From contig NW_021825764.1 of the NCBI RefSeq assembly GCF_006345805.1, positions 1 to 14,683 on the forward strand: a DNA stretch of 14,683 nt, in the 5' to 3' direction. Below the pieces are notes generated by a model. It ran no database searches and was not told where the DNA came from. It saw only the letters and a list, made by a program, of their open reading frames with translations. Positions 1 to 8,500 of this stretch are shown piece after piece. The position numbers and the translations under genes are program-made. Numbering within the stretch: position 1 is the first letter of the stretch; the number at the start of each line of letters is the position of its first letter. This DNA is from Octopus sinensis (lineage: Eukaryota).

Positions 1-13
1 CCGAATTTCTTCG

Positions 14-40
14 AGAAAAAGTATCATTCCGAAAATTTTT
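14..40 (-). promoter_or_regulatory. Histone upstream motif, copy of the H3 upstream region (the H3 gene would lie left of the window)
   Basis: gaaaaagtatCATTCCGAAaatttt, same as 9211-9236 upstream of H3. Regulatory role is inferred. Confidence 0.55.
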
Positions 41-193
41 TGCTCATCATTTTTAAAATTAAAAATTAAATATTTTTAAAATAATCTTTTATCAGCACCA
101 TCAAATAATTGTAACTATTGCTTAAATTGATGAATTTTTCGAGATTACAGACTAAATTACTAGTGAACTAATTAAAGAAAAAACAGAGAACGA

Positions 194-400
194 TCAGATC
201 CCGGTCAAAAGAATAGCTTGCGTGTTGCCGCGCATGATTGTACCAGAGATCCTCTGTCTTAGCCAAGAAGATTCGCTTGCATCCATGTTTCTCCGAGCGA
301 TAAGGAGGCAGACGTGTTTTAAGAACTTGGATGTTTGCGGGACAAAGGCTGCGGAGATCTCGAATGCCAAAGGGACAATTACTAGTTGCATTTGGATTGT
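194..400 (-). pseudogene. C-terminal half of a restriction-like endonuclease (RLE) domain from a non-LTR retrotransposon, degenerate
   Basis: QLVIVPLAFEISAAFVPQTSKFLK...SWLRQRISGTIMRGNTQAILLT resembles the FVPLAxET...QRISxAIQRGNA motif of RLE-type (CRE/NeSL-like) elements. Confidence 0.7.
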
Positions 401-450
401 TGAAATAGTTATTTAAAGAACAAATAAATAAATCAATTATTTTTAAAGTG

Positions 451-816
451 TTATTTTGTATTCGTGTACTTAGTAACTGCCTTTGCACCCTCTGTAATAG
501 CATGTTTTGCCAATTCACCGGGAAGAATCAGACGAACTGCAGTCTGTATTTCACGTGAGGTAATGGTAGCCTTCGAATTCTGATAGACTAGATTTGATGC
601 CTCGGTTTTTATTTTGTCATAAACATCAAATGTGAAACTGTCCATAGCCATCATAGCCTTCTTTGACATCCCAAGTTGATTATGTACTGTCTTTAAAATT
701 TTCATAAGATATATGGAAAAAGTTTTCCTTTTCTTTTTTTTCTTTGTAGCAACAGAAACATTTTTGCTTTTTATAGGAGCTCTTTTTTGTCCCTTTGTGC
801 TAACTTTAGGTGCCAT
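451..816 (-). CDS. H2B: Histone H2B (121 aa, divergent)
   Basis: MAPKVSTK...[13 protein letters not shown]...GMSKKAM...[38 protein letters not shown]. Likely start is the ATG at 816; the upstream part of the listed ORF is not histone-like. Confidence 0.96.
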   Translation of the reverse strand: MAPKVSTKGQKRAPIKSKNVSVATKKKKKRKTFSIYLMKILKTVHNQLGMSKKAMMAMDSFTFDVYDKIKTEASNLVYQNSKATITSREIQTAVRLILPGELAKHAITEGAKAVTKYTNTK

Positions 817-862
817 TATCCACAAAATTTGCAAGTTTTGAAGTGAAAAAATCTCATATAAT

Positions 863-924
863 AAAAAAGTATCATTCCGAAATTTTGTTGAGTAATTCAA
901 AAAAAGTATAATTCCAAAATTTTT
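863..924 (-). promoter_or_regulatory. Paired histone upstream motifs before H2B
   Basis: aaaaaagtatCATTCCGAAatttt (863-886) and degenerate aaaaagtataattccaaaattttt (901-924). Confidence 0.55.
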
Positions 925-927
925 GAA

Positions 928-1101
928 GTTGACGGGATGACCCTTTTCCCATTTGAGAGAGGAAAAGGCCTCGTATGGCATGCAAGCTGCTGGGATACTT
1001 TCTCTGTTTCACATCTAACCTCGTGTGCTCTGGAGGCTAAATCAGCTGCTAAAAAGCCTGAAGATTTAAAGCTTTCCAAATATTCTGCCCTTTTGGAATA
1101 A
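928..1101 (+). pseudogene. N-terminal half of an RLE domain from a non-LTR retrotransposon
   Basis: [30 protein letters not shown]...SAAKKPEDLKLSKYSAL resembles the RPDGxTLxPWxxGxxLVWDATCxDT...KY motif. Confidence 0.75.
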
Positions 1102-1186
1102 AATATCAAGAGGAATTCTGCAAGGGGACTCTTTGTCTCCACAGCTATTTGTTTTGGTGATGGATACTTTGAGTAGGATGTATTGA
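1100..1186 (+). pseudogene. Non-LTR reverse transcriptase fragment
   Basis: KISRGILQGDSLSPQLFVLVMDTLSRM carries the QGDxLSPxLF RT motif. Confidence 0.8.
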
Positions 1187-1246
1187 TGTTTTAGTTATTA
1201 TAACACATTCCGTGGGAACATAAACAAAGTTATAATCCCACACGTG

Positions 1247-1477
1247 TCACAAGCGAAACAATCTCTGGACCATCCTTGTCCATGCCCTTCTGTTGCGGGC
1301 GAGATCCCGTAAAGATTCTAGGTCGTCCCAGTTTTTGAAACTTTTGTCATGAAGTTTGAGATCCCTTTCAAGAACTGTCGGAAGAGTGGATCTAGGTCTT
1401 CCACGATATTTGTCTCCATGTTCGGAGAAATAATCGTCCATTGCCCGATTGGCCGGAGCTCTGGGGTCCACTCGCAA
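1247..1477 (-). pseudogene. 3'-terminal fragment of an RTE-like non-LTR retrotransposon ORF
   Basis: PANRAMDDYF...YRGRPRSTLPTVLERDL...DLESLRDLARNRRAW resembles the RGRP...A.DR..W C-terminus of RTE-type ORFs. Confidence 0.6.
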
Positions 1478-1742
1478 ATAATTCTCTAAATAAACATAAT
1501 TATAAACAGATGCAAAAAAATAAAATATTAGAAAAAAATAAATTTTTCAAACGATATAACTCTAATTTATTGTATAAATATACTTTTTGTTATTTCAACA
1601 AGATTTCTTACCAATTAAAAAAGCAATCGTAGTATTTCACCGTCGTTTGGTAGCTAGTTAGTATATTTATGAAATTGCTAATTTTTATCTGGTTAATTTG
1701 TAAGGAATATCAATGTATTTTATTAAAAAAATTATGTATAAT

Positions 1743-2051
1743 TTATCCACCAAATCCGTAAATTGTCCTACCTTGACGTTTCAAGGCATTAACAACGTCC
1801 ATTGCGATAACAGTTTTTCTTTTGGCATGTTCAGTATAGGAAATACAATCACGAACAGTTTGCTCAATAAAAATCTTAAGGACAGAACGTGTCTCCTCGT
1901 AAATTTTTCCAGAAATTCTTCGAACACCCCCTCTTCGACATAGTCTTCTTATTGCTGGCTTAGTAATTCCTTGTATATTGTCAATTAATATCTTTCGAAA
2001 TCGTTTTGCACCACTCTTTCCTCCTTTGCCACCTTTACCACGTCCAGACAT
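1743..2051 (-). CDS. H4: Histone H4 (102 aa, divergent), copy 1; native upstream region replaced by the transposon
   Basis: [12 protein letters not shown]...[14 protein letters not shown]...[27 protein letters not shown]. Protein identical to 5958-6266. Confidence 0.97.
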   Translation of the reverse strand: MSGRGKGGKGGKSGAKRFRKILIDNIQGITKPAIRRLCRRGGVRRISGKIYEETRSVLKIFIEQTVRDCISYTEHAKRKTVIAMDVVNALKRQGRTIYGFGG

Positions 2052-2090
2052 TGAAAAATTCTCTAAATGGAAATTTTTTTATTTAATAAT

Positions 2091-2147
2091 TGTCACCGGT
2101 TGAGAGTGATTGCAGGCTGAGAACGATCGCGCAAAATCGATTTTGCC
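2091..2147 (+). repeat. Left terminal inverted repeat (57 bp)
   Basis: tgtcaccggttgagagtgattgcaggctgagaacgatcgcgcaaaatcgattttgcc is the reverse complement of 5762-5818 with 4 mismatches. Confidence 0.93.
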
Positions 2148-2374
2148 GTTAACGCCGTTGATACGCAATATCGATTGCGCCGTAAACGCCGTGCCGTTGC
2201 TACGCTAAAACAAAACCTCAAAAATATAGATTATCAAAAAATTAAATTAATATAATCACAAAAATCATCACTTTAGATTTTTTAGTTTAAAAAAGAAAGA
2301 AAATTTTAATTTTTTAGAATGGCTGACCTCATTTGAAAATCGAAATTTCAGAACACGTTACATAATTTTTTGTT

Positions 2375-3709
2375 ATGAAGTTCGTTTTATTGACTCGACA
2401 GAAAAAATCGGAAATTATAGCATTTCTTAAGGATGGTGAAATGCCAGATGAAGTGACTCAGAATCAGAATGAGTCAAATTTCAGGAGAACGGCATCATTA
2501 TTCAGATTGTCGGACTCCAAAAATGACATTTTTTACTTCAAAACTTCGGGAATCTTACTACGTACCTTTGCTCTCGAGGAAGTAGAAGAAAAGAAACTTT
2601 TTATTGAAAATCTCCATTTAAAAAATGGACATCCAGGTCGAGACAAGCTGCTTTTTCTCCTTAAAGATACTGTTTATGGGTCTTGTCGGAATGAGGTTAT
2701 GTCAGTCCTCAAATCATGCTGCCAATGTCAGGCGAGAAAGCTTATGAACACCAGACCTGTAATTAAGCCAATAAGAGCCTATAGCGTGAGAGAAAGGTAT
2801 CACTATTCAGTCTAATGTTAGATATATTTTTGATCTAATCGATTTACGTCATTATGCTCATGAGAACGAAAATTACGCGTGGCTTTTGGTTGGCCTCGAT
2901 TCATTCTCAAAGTTTTGTTGGACGTCACCGTTATTGTTTAAATCAGCTATGGAAGTGTCTAAAGCAATAAATAAAATAATATTAATGTTTGGAAAACCAT
3001 TAATTCTTCATACGGACAATGGGAAGGAATTTGTCAACGAAAGGATCTCCCGATTGTGCGATGAGTACAAGATAAAGCACGTGAGAGGTCGTGCAAGGTG
3101 CCCTTGGGTGCAGGGGCAGGTGGAAAGACTAAACCAATCTCTGAAATATATGTTGTCCTCCACCTGTTTGTCTGAAAACCTCGATTATAAATGGATTTCG
3201 ATTATAGACCGGATAACCAGTTCATATAACTCAACGGTGCATTCCACTACGTCGTTTGCACCGTTCAGAATTATGTTTGGAGAAAATGCCGATCAGTCTG
3301 CAAACATACACTATAGCGAAGAAGAACTTAATCTCCTATTCGCAGATTTGGATTCATCCAACATGGATGAAAAAGATGACGTAGAGAATTATATGGCTTG
3401 GAAATGGTTTACTGTCAGTAGTACAAGGACAAAGGCTGTCCAGTACTCGGATGCGGCGGAAGAAAAAATGCTAAAAAAAACATGTGGAAGAATGACACCT
3501 CTTTTTTTAAAATTGGGGAAAAAGTTGTTAGAAGAATTAAAACTGACAAAAATAAAGGGACGCGGAAGCGGTATCTAAACGAGCACCATGATACAAGAAT
3601 ATACAATGTCAAAGGATTTTCACCCACTGGTATGGTGATACTGGAGTCCGAAGATGGCAGAGAAATACAAGAAGATAGCAGAGACCTGGCAAGTTTAGAA
3701 ACTAATTAA
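2375..3709 (+). CDS. Integrase/transposase (H2C2 zinc finger + rve DDE), about 436 aa after splicing 2797-2821 and correcting one frameshift near 3473-3480
   Basis: H-x4-H...CxxC (HLKNGH...CCQC); spliced RERYIFDLIDL...LVGLDSFSKF; LHTDNGKEF; QGQVERLNQSLK; tail FKIGEKVVRRIKTDKNKGTRK lies in another frame. Confidence 0.85.
2797..2821 (+). other. Predicted 25-nt spliceosomal intron
   Basis: GTATCACTATTCAGTCTAATGTTAG: GT donor, CTAAT branch-like motif, TAG acceptor. Removal joins two ORFs in frame and supplies the first catalytic Asp region. Confidence 0.8.
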
Positions 3710-3863
3710 AACTTTTTTTCTTTATAATAAACTAGCTCAGCAGTTCGCTTCGCTCACTGCGAGCTAGCTCCTGCGGAGGCCCTGCTCGCTACGCTCGCAG
3801 TTTCCTTAAATAATAATATTAAAATTATGTAGATATATAAATGCGACCTGCTTTGATATAACC

Positions 3864-4090
3864 TTATTCTAAGGCCTGTGGATAAACGATGTTTGCAGTC
3901 CGTCCATCCTTGGCAAATATAAATAAATTTCTCTTCTACCTACCCTTGAGCACCCCACATACAGCTGGCCATGTGAAAAGCACTCGTTCTCTAAAAATAA
4001 GCCTACTACCTTTAAAGACTGTCCCTGGGCCTTGTTTATTGTCATAGCAAAACTTATCTTCAGCGGAAATTGTAGTCTCTTAAATCTATC
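3864..4090 (-). pseudogene. C-terminal fragment of a Helitron Rep/Pif1-like helicase
   Basis: [24 protein letters not shown]...[14 protein letters not shown], then after a frameshift [22 protein letters not shown]. Confidence 0.9.
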
Positions 4091-5030
4091 GAGTCGAGGA
4101 CTTTCTTGTTGTTCATTTAACAAAAACGCAGAAAATAATTTTTTTTAAATTTTTTGGCTTGAAGGTTTTGAGGGACCACATCATGTGAGTCGAGGACTTT
4201 CTTGTTGTTCATTTTAACAAAAACGCAGAAAATAATTTTTTTTAATTTTTGGCTTGAAGGTTTTGGGGGACCACATCATGTGAGTCGAGGACTTTCTTGT
4301 TGTTTATTTTAACAAAAACGCAGAAAATAATTTTTTTAATTTTTTGGCTTGAAAGTTTTGGGGGACCACATCATGTGAGTCGAGGACTTTCTTGTTGTTC
4401 ATTTAACAAAAACGCAGAAAATAATTTTTTTTAAATTTTTTGGCTTGAAGGTTTTGAGGGACCACATCATGTGAGTCGAGGACTTTCTTGTTGTTCATTT
4501 TAACAAAAACGCAGAAAATAATTTTTTTTAATTTTTTGGCTTGAAGGTTTTGGGGGACCACATCATGTGAGTCGAGGACTTTCTTGTTGTTTATTTTAAC
4601 AAAAACGCAGAAAATAATTTTTTTAATTTTTTGGCTTGAAAGTTTTGGGGGACCACATCATGTGAGTCGAGGACTTTCTTGTTGTTCATTTTAACCAAAA
4701 ACGCAGAAAATAATTTTTTTAATTTTTGGCTTGAAGGTTTTGGGGGACCACATCATGTGAGTCGAGGACTTTCTTGTTGTTCATTTTAACAAAAACGCAG
4801 AAAATAATTTTTTTAATTTTTGGCTTGAAGGTTTTGGGGGACCACATCATGTGAGTTGAGGACTTTCTTGTTGTTCATTTTAACAAAAACGCAGAAAATA
4901 ATTTTTTTAATTTTTTGGCTTGAAGGTTTTGGGGGACCACATCATGTGAGTCGAGGACTTTCTTGTTGTTCATTTAACAAAACGCAGAAAATTGACTTGA
5001 AGGTTTTGGGGGACCTCATCATCGAGGATA
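4091..5030. repeat. Minisatellite with a ~95-bp unit, 9 full copies plus 1 truncated
   Basis: gagtcgaggactttc...gaccacatcatgt units start at 4091, 4187, 4282, 4377, 4473, 4569, 4664, 4759, 4853 and 4948. Confidence 0.96.
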
Positions 5031-5167
5031 TTCTTTCTTATTAAAATTTTTTGACAGGAAGGTTCTTAGAGGATATCAACCTTTTATTGTGCCTCATTAT
5101 CGAATAACTACAAAAGGGAAGGTTTTGACAATTTGATCTGGTTTGTAACAATTTGAATGTGGGTGTG

Positions 5168-5216
5168 CACAGACAGACAGACAGACACACAGACAGACAG
5201 ACAGACAGACACACAC
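5168..5216. repeat. (CAGA)n/(CA)n microsatellite near the Helitron 5' end
   Basis: cacagacagacagacagacacacagacagacagacagacagacacacac. Confidence 0.92.
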
Positions 5217-5761
5217 CATACCATTTTATTATTAAGATTTTTCTTAATATCTTGGCTTTCTGATCTCTGATTTGTCAGTCATTTAGTTTCTCCCCCATTG
5301 CTTACAGAATGACAAATTAGGCTTCGCCATTCGCGAGGCTGGCCGGGTGTCTCGTGAGGCCTTTAATTAACTTAGCTATCTTTAATTTCTTTCTTGTTAA
5401 TGAACATTAAAAAATTAAACAAAAAAAATAATAGATTAAGTGAAGATTTTTAGTAACAGAAAAGCATACTTTTTTGATTGGAAAATGTATCAAAACATTT
5501 CTTTGAAATGTATTCTGTTAAAAAGTATAACGATTCTTACTATATAATACTTAATTTAGTAATTATTTGTCATTCTTTAAGCAAGTCTATGAGATATATA
5601 CATTTTGTTGTTTGAATTATTTAAGAGTAGCTCAAACAAAACGACGCGCTTGTTTTTTTGTCCAAAGGGCAGAAATTAGAGTTTATTAGGTTTAAAAACT
5701 TAATGACTTGTATTTAAATTTGTCGCTCGCTGCCGTTAACTACCGGTGTTACGGCACTTGA

Positions 5762-5818
5762 GGCAAAATCGATTTTGCGCGATCGTTCTCAGCCTGGTAT
5801 CATTCACAACCGGTGACA
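5762..5818 (-). repeat. Right terminal inverted repeat (57 bp)
   Basis: Reverse complement of 2091-2147; ends ...ccggtgaca. Confidence 0.93.
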
Positions 5819-5957
5819 TTTCTTACCAATTAAAAAAGCAATCGTAGTATTTCACCGTCGTTTGGTAGCTAGTTAGTATATTTATGAAATTGCTAATTTT
5901 TATCTGGTTAATTTGTAAGGAATATCAATGTATTTTATTAAAAAAATTATGTATAAT

Positions 5958-6266
5958 TTATCCACCAAATCCGTAAATTGTCCTACCTTGACGTTTCAAG
6001 GCATTAACAACGTCCATTGCGATAACAGTTTTTCTTTTGGCATGTTCAGTATAGGAAATACAATCACGAACAGTTTGCTCAATAAAAATCTTAAGGACAG
6101 AACGTGTCTCCTCGTAAATTTTTCCAGAAATTCTTCGAACACCCCCTCTTCGACATAGTCTTCTTATTGCTGGCTTAGTAATTCCTTGTATATTGTCAAT
6201 TAATATCTTTCGAAATCGTTTTGCACCACTCTTTCCTCCTTTGCCACCTTTACCACGTCCAGACAT
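5958..6266 (-). CDS. H4: Histone H4, copy 2
   Basis: Intact 102-aa H4 ORF with its native upstream region. Confidence 0.97.
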   Translation of the reverse strand: MSGRGKGGKGGKSGAKRFRKILIDNIQGITKPAIRRLCRRGGVRRISGKIYEETRSVLKIFIEQTVRDCISYTEHAKRKTVIAMDVVNALKRQGRTIYGFGG

Positions 6267-6421
6267 TGAAAAATTCTCTAAATGAACACTATTTTCAACC
6301 TATGCACAAAAAGTATCATTGCCAAATTTTTTCAAAAGGACCATTCCGAAAAAAATTTTCAACTAAATTTCGGAATGCCATTTTTTTTATTATGTAAATA
6401 AAAAATAGTTAGCAGAGTATA
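6267..6421. promoter_or_regulatory. 155-bp divergent H4/H2A intergenic region, putative bidirectional promoter
   Basis: Head-to-head ATGs. Two motif copies face H4 (6308-6332, 6335-6359) and one inverted copy faces H2A (TTCGGAATG at 6369-6377). Confidence 0.7.
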
Positions 6422-6781
6422 ATGTCTTCAAGAGGAAAAGGAGGAAAAGTACGGTCAAAGGCTAAAAGCAAATCCGTTCGGGCCGGGTTACAGTTTCCAG
6501 TTGGACGAATTCACCGGTGTCTCCGTCATGAAACCCGAATGCGAGTAGGAATTCCTGCCGCAGTATATATGTGCGCAGTATTGGAATATGCTGTGGCTGA
6601 AATGCTTGAACTTGCTGGAAATACAGCAGTAAAATGTGGAAAAAGAAGAATTAAACCACGTCACATTGTCGTTGCAATTGGAAATGACGACGAATTAAAA
6701 GAATTAACTCAGAAAGCTATTATTTCATCTGGTGGATTTATGATTCGCAAAACTGCAGAAACTCCTAAAACAACTTCCTAA
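6422..6781 (+). CDS. H2A: Histone H2A (119 aa, divergent C-terminus)
   Basis: [13 protein letters not shown]...[20 protein letters not shown]...RIKPRHI..AI.NDDEL. Confidence 0.96.
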   Translation: MSSRGKGGKVRSKAKSKSVRAGLQFPVGRIHRCLRHETRMRVGIPAAVYMCAVLEYAVAEMLELAGNTAVKCGKRRIKPRHIVVAIGNDDELKELTQKAIISSGGFMIRKTAETPKTTS

Positions 6782-7030
6782 CTTTAAATTAATTATTTGA
6801 ATAATGCACTGTTATTTTGTATATTGTTTTCGAAATACACTAGATCAACCAGTTAAGTTTTTTTAACGAATTTCAAAAAATTTCAAACACAATCAACGAA
6901 TAAACATTTAGAAGTAATTATAGATAAAATATCGCAATACTGTGTTATTTTATCATTGGCGAAATATTTTTTTAGTCCAATATAATTTATTTACTTAGGC
7001 TAAATTATCCCAAAAAATAGTAAATATATA

Positions 7031-8500
7031 CAGTGAACAAAAATAAAAACTGAAAAAGCATTTTCTCATGAATTTACTATGAAACAATATTTAAAAAATA
7101 ACTTCTATTGATTTAAAAAAATTAAATAAAGTTTTGCTTTATTTTTGTCTAAAAAATATTATATTTATACAGTTTTCCATTCATTCATAATTCAGAACCA
7201 AAAAATGAACAAATTTATTTAATATCTATTATGTCCTCCATTAGCTCTAATTACATCTAGTATTCGGCCTGGCATGCTATTAATAAGACTTTTTGCGTAT
7301 TCTATTTTGAGTTAATTCCAAATGGATGATATTTTTGCAAATAAATGTTCCTTTTTCAAAAATTCTCTTCCTTTGATTTTTTTTTAATAAAGGCCCAAAC
7401 ATTCTCTATAGGGTTTAAATCTGGGCTTTGTGTTGGCCATAGTAGTAATTCGATATTATTTACTTGAAAAAAGCTCTTTGCTATTGCCGAAGTATGTTTC
7501 AGATCATTGTCTTGTTGGAAAGTAGGATCTTTATGTTCGATTTTGTTCAGAAATGAGATCATATTATTCGTTAATATGTTAACATACTAAGCTCCACCAA
7601 TCTTCTCTTTTATCAAAACCAAATTAATGAATCCAATATTGATTATGGCATGATAGTTCATGATAGTTCCTTTACCGAATTTTTGTTTTTGTAAGATTGC
7701 TTGTTAAATATTTTTCCTTGCGATTTCTCCATACTAAAGTTCTTACATCACTATTTTACATATTAAATTTACTTTCATCACACTTAAAATACTCGCTCCC
7801 GAAATATTTTGAGAGCATATTGCATGTTTGGCATAGCTTTAATCATTGAAGTTTAGGGTTTTTGGTAAGAAGTGGTCTTTTCGTGGGCGGATATGCATTC
7901 AGACCAATTTTTTCGTGGTATTTCTTATTGTTTGAGCTGTTACTGATTTCCCTTTTTTTGTAAATGTTTTAGTAAATAAAAACAGTTGAAATTGACATCC
8001 ACTTTTCAAGCCTCTTTAATTTAAAATATTTTTGACGATTGAGCAATGAATGGTCAACCAGACCCAACTTTTTTGTCCGTCAAGCACTTATTTGAATAGC
8101 TTTTGATAATTTGCAATATCGTGCCAAGCATACTTTTTCGTGATATCTTGTATTCTCTGTATGTTTTTCCAGATTTATACATGCCAATTATTCTGCCTTT
8201 TTCTTCAAATGTTCAATGATTGGCTATGTAGAGAGGTTACAAATGATTGAATTTGAACGAATTTTAAAAAATAAAACCTTTTTTTTGATATATATAAGTA
8301 ATTTAAATTTGTTCAGTATTTTTTTGGTTTTAAATTTTCGATATCATAAAAACGGGCATAAATATATATTTATTAAAAAAAACTAAAAAAATGTAAAATA
8401 CTTTAATCTATGTTAAAAATAAATTTGAGACATATTTGCAATATTGTCCAATTGTAAATTTATAAGAAAAAGCATGTTCAGTTTTTATTTTTGTTCACTA
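7031..8500 (-). mobile_element. Degenerate Tc1/mariner-superfamily (DD34E-type) element, 1470 bp
   Basis: TA-flanked TIRs CAGTGAACAAAAATAAAAACTGAA / TTCAGTTTTTATTTTTGTTCACTA. Broken minus-strand transposase with CDESKF, FQQDND.KHTS and WPTQSPDLNPIENVW. Confidence 0.9.
7260..8170 (-). pseudogene. Tc1-like transposase pseudogene (boundaries approximate)
   Basis: Motifs are spread over several frames with in-frame stops; the longest piece is 7356-7562. Confidence 0.85.

Larger units (their letters stand above)
1..2069. repeat. Partial histone repeat unit (H3 upstream region, H2B, retroelement debris, H4)
   Basis: Colinear and near-identical to 9197-11391. Homology ends after 'ctctaaatg' at 2069. 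Confidence 0.93.
3732..5237 (-). mobile_element. Non-autonomous Helitron nested in the Ginger-like element
   Basis: On the minus strand: 5' TC at 5237 preceded by A, (GTCT)n near the 5' end, helicase C-terminus, GC-rich hairpin, then CTAG ending at 3732 followed by T (A|T target, no TSD). Confidence 0.82.
2091..5818 (+). mobile_element. Ginger-like TIR DNA transposon with a gypsy-type integrase
   Basis: TGT...ACA ends, 57-bp TIRs (53/57 identical), single H2C2+DDE integrase gene; no gag, RT, RNaseH or LTRs seen. Confidence 0.8.

Noticed and set aside
168-518. ORFs 168-518(-), 222-416(+), 9389-9712(-) and 9416-9610(+) as genes
   Set aside because: They are alternative frames of the RLE remnant, repeated only because the unit is repeated.
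817-981. 55-aa N-terminal extension of H2B in the ORF track
   Set aside because: It runs through the upstream motifs into retroelement debris and is not kept in frame in copy 2; the ATG at 816 gives a normal-length H2B.
897-1142. ORFs 897-1142(-) and 10008-10331(-)
   Set aside because: Antisense to RLE/RT fragments, and the frames differ between copies.
1713-1943. Plus-strand 76-aa ORF, repeated at 5928-6158
   Set aside because: Antisense shadow of H4.
3421-3443. Second tiny intron GTACAAGG...GTCCAG (23 nt) that would also repair the C-terminal frame
   Set aside because: No branch-like motif, and it would remove plausible protein sequence; the A8 run explains the shift more simply. RNA-seq would settle it.
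2375-3709. Integrase as part of an LTR retrotransposon
   Set aside because: No gag, protease, RT, RNaseH or direct LTRs; the gene is bounded by inverted repeats.
4091-5030. Regular ~95-bp repeats as a CRISPR array
   Set aside because: Whole units repeat with no unique spacers, there are no cas genes, and the context is eukaryotic.
5317-5362. GC-rich patch with a small hairpin (gcttcgc-cattc-gcgaggc)
   Set aside because: Too short to assign; it could be a relic of another element end, with no supporting evidence.
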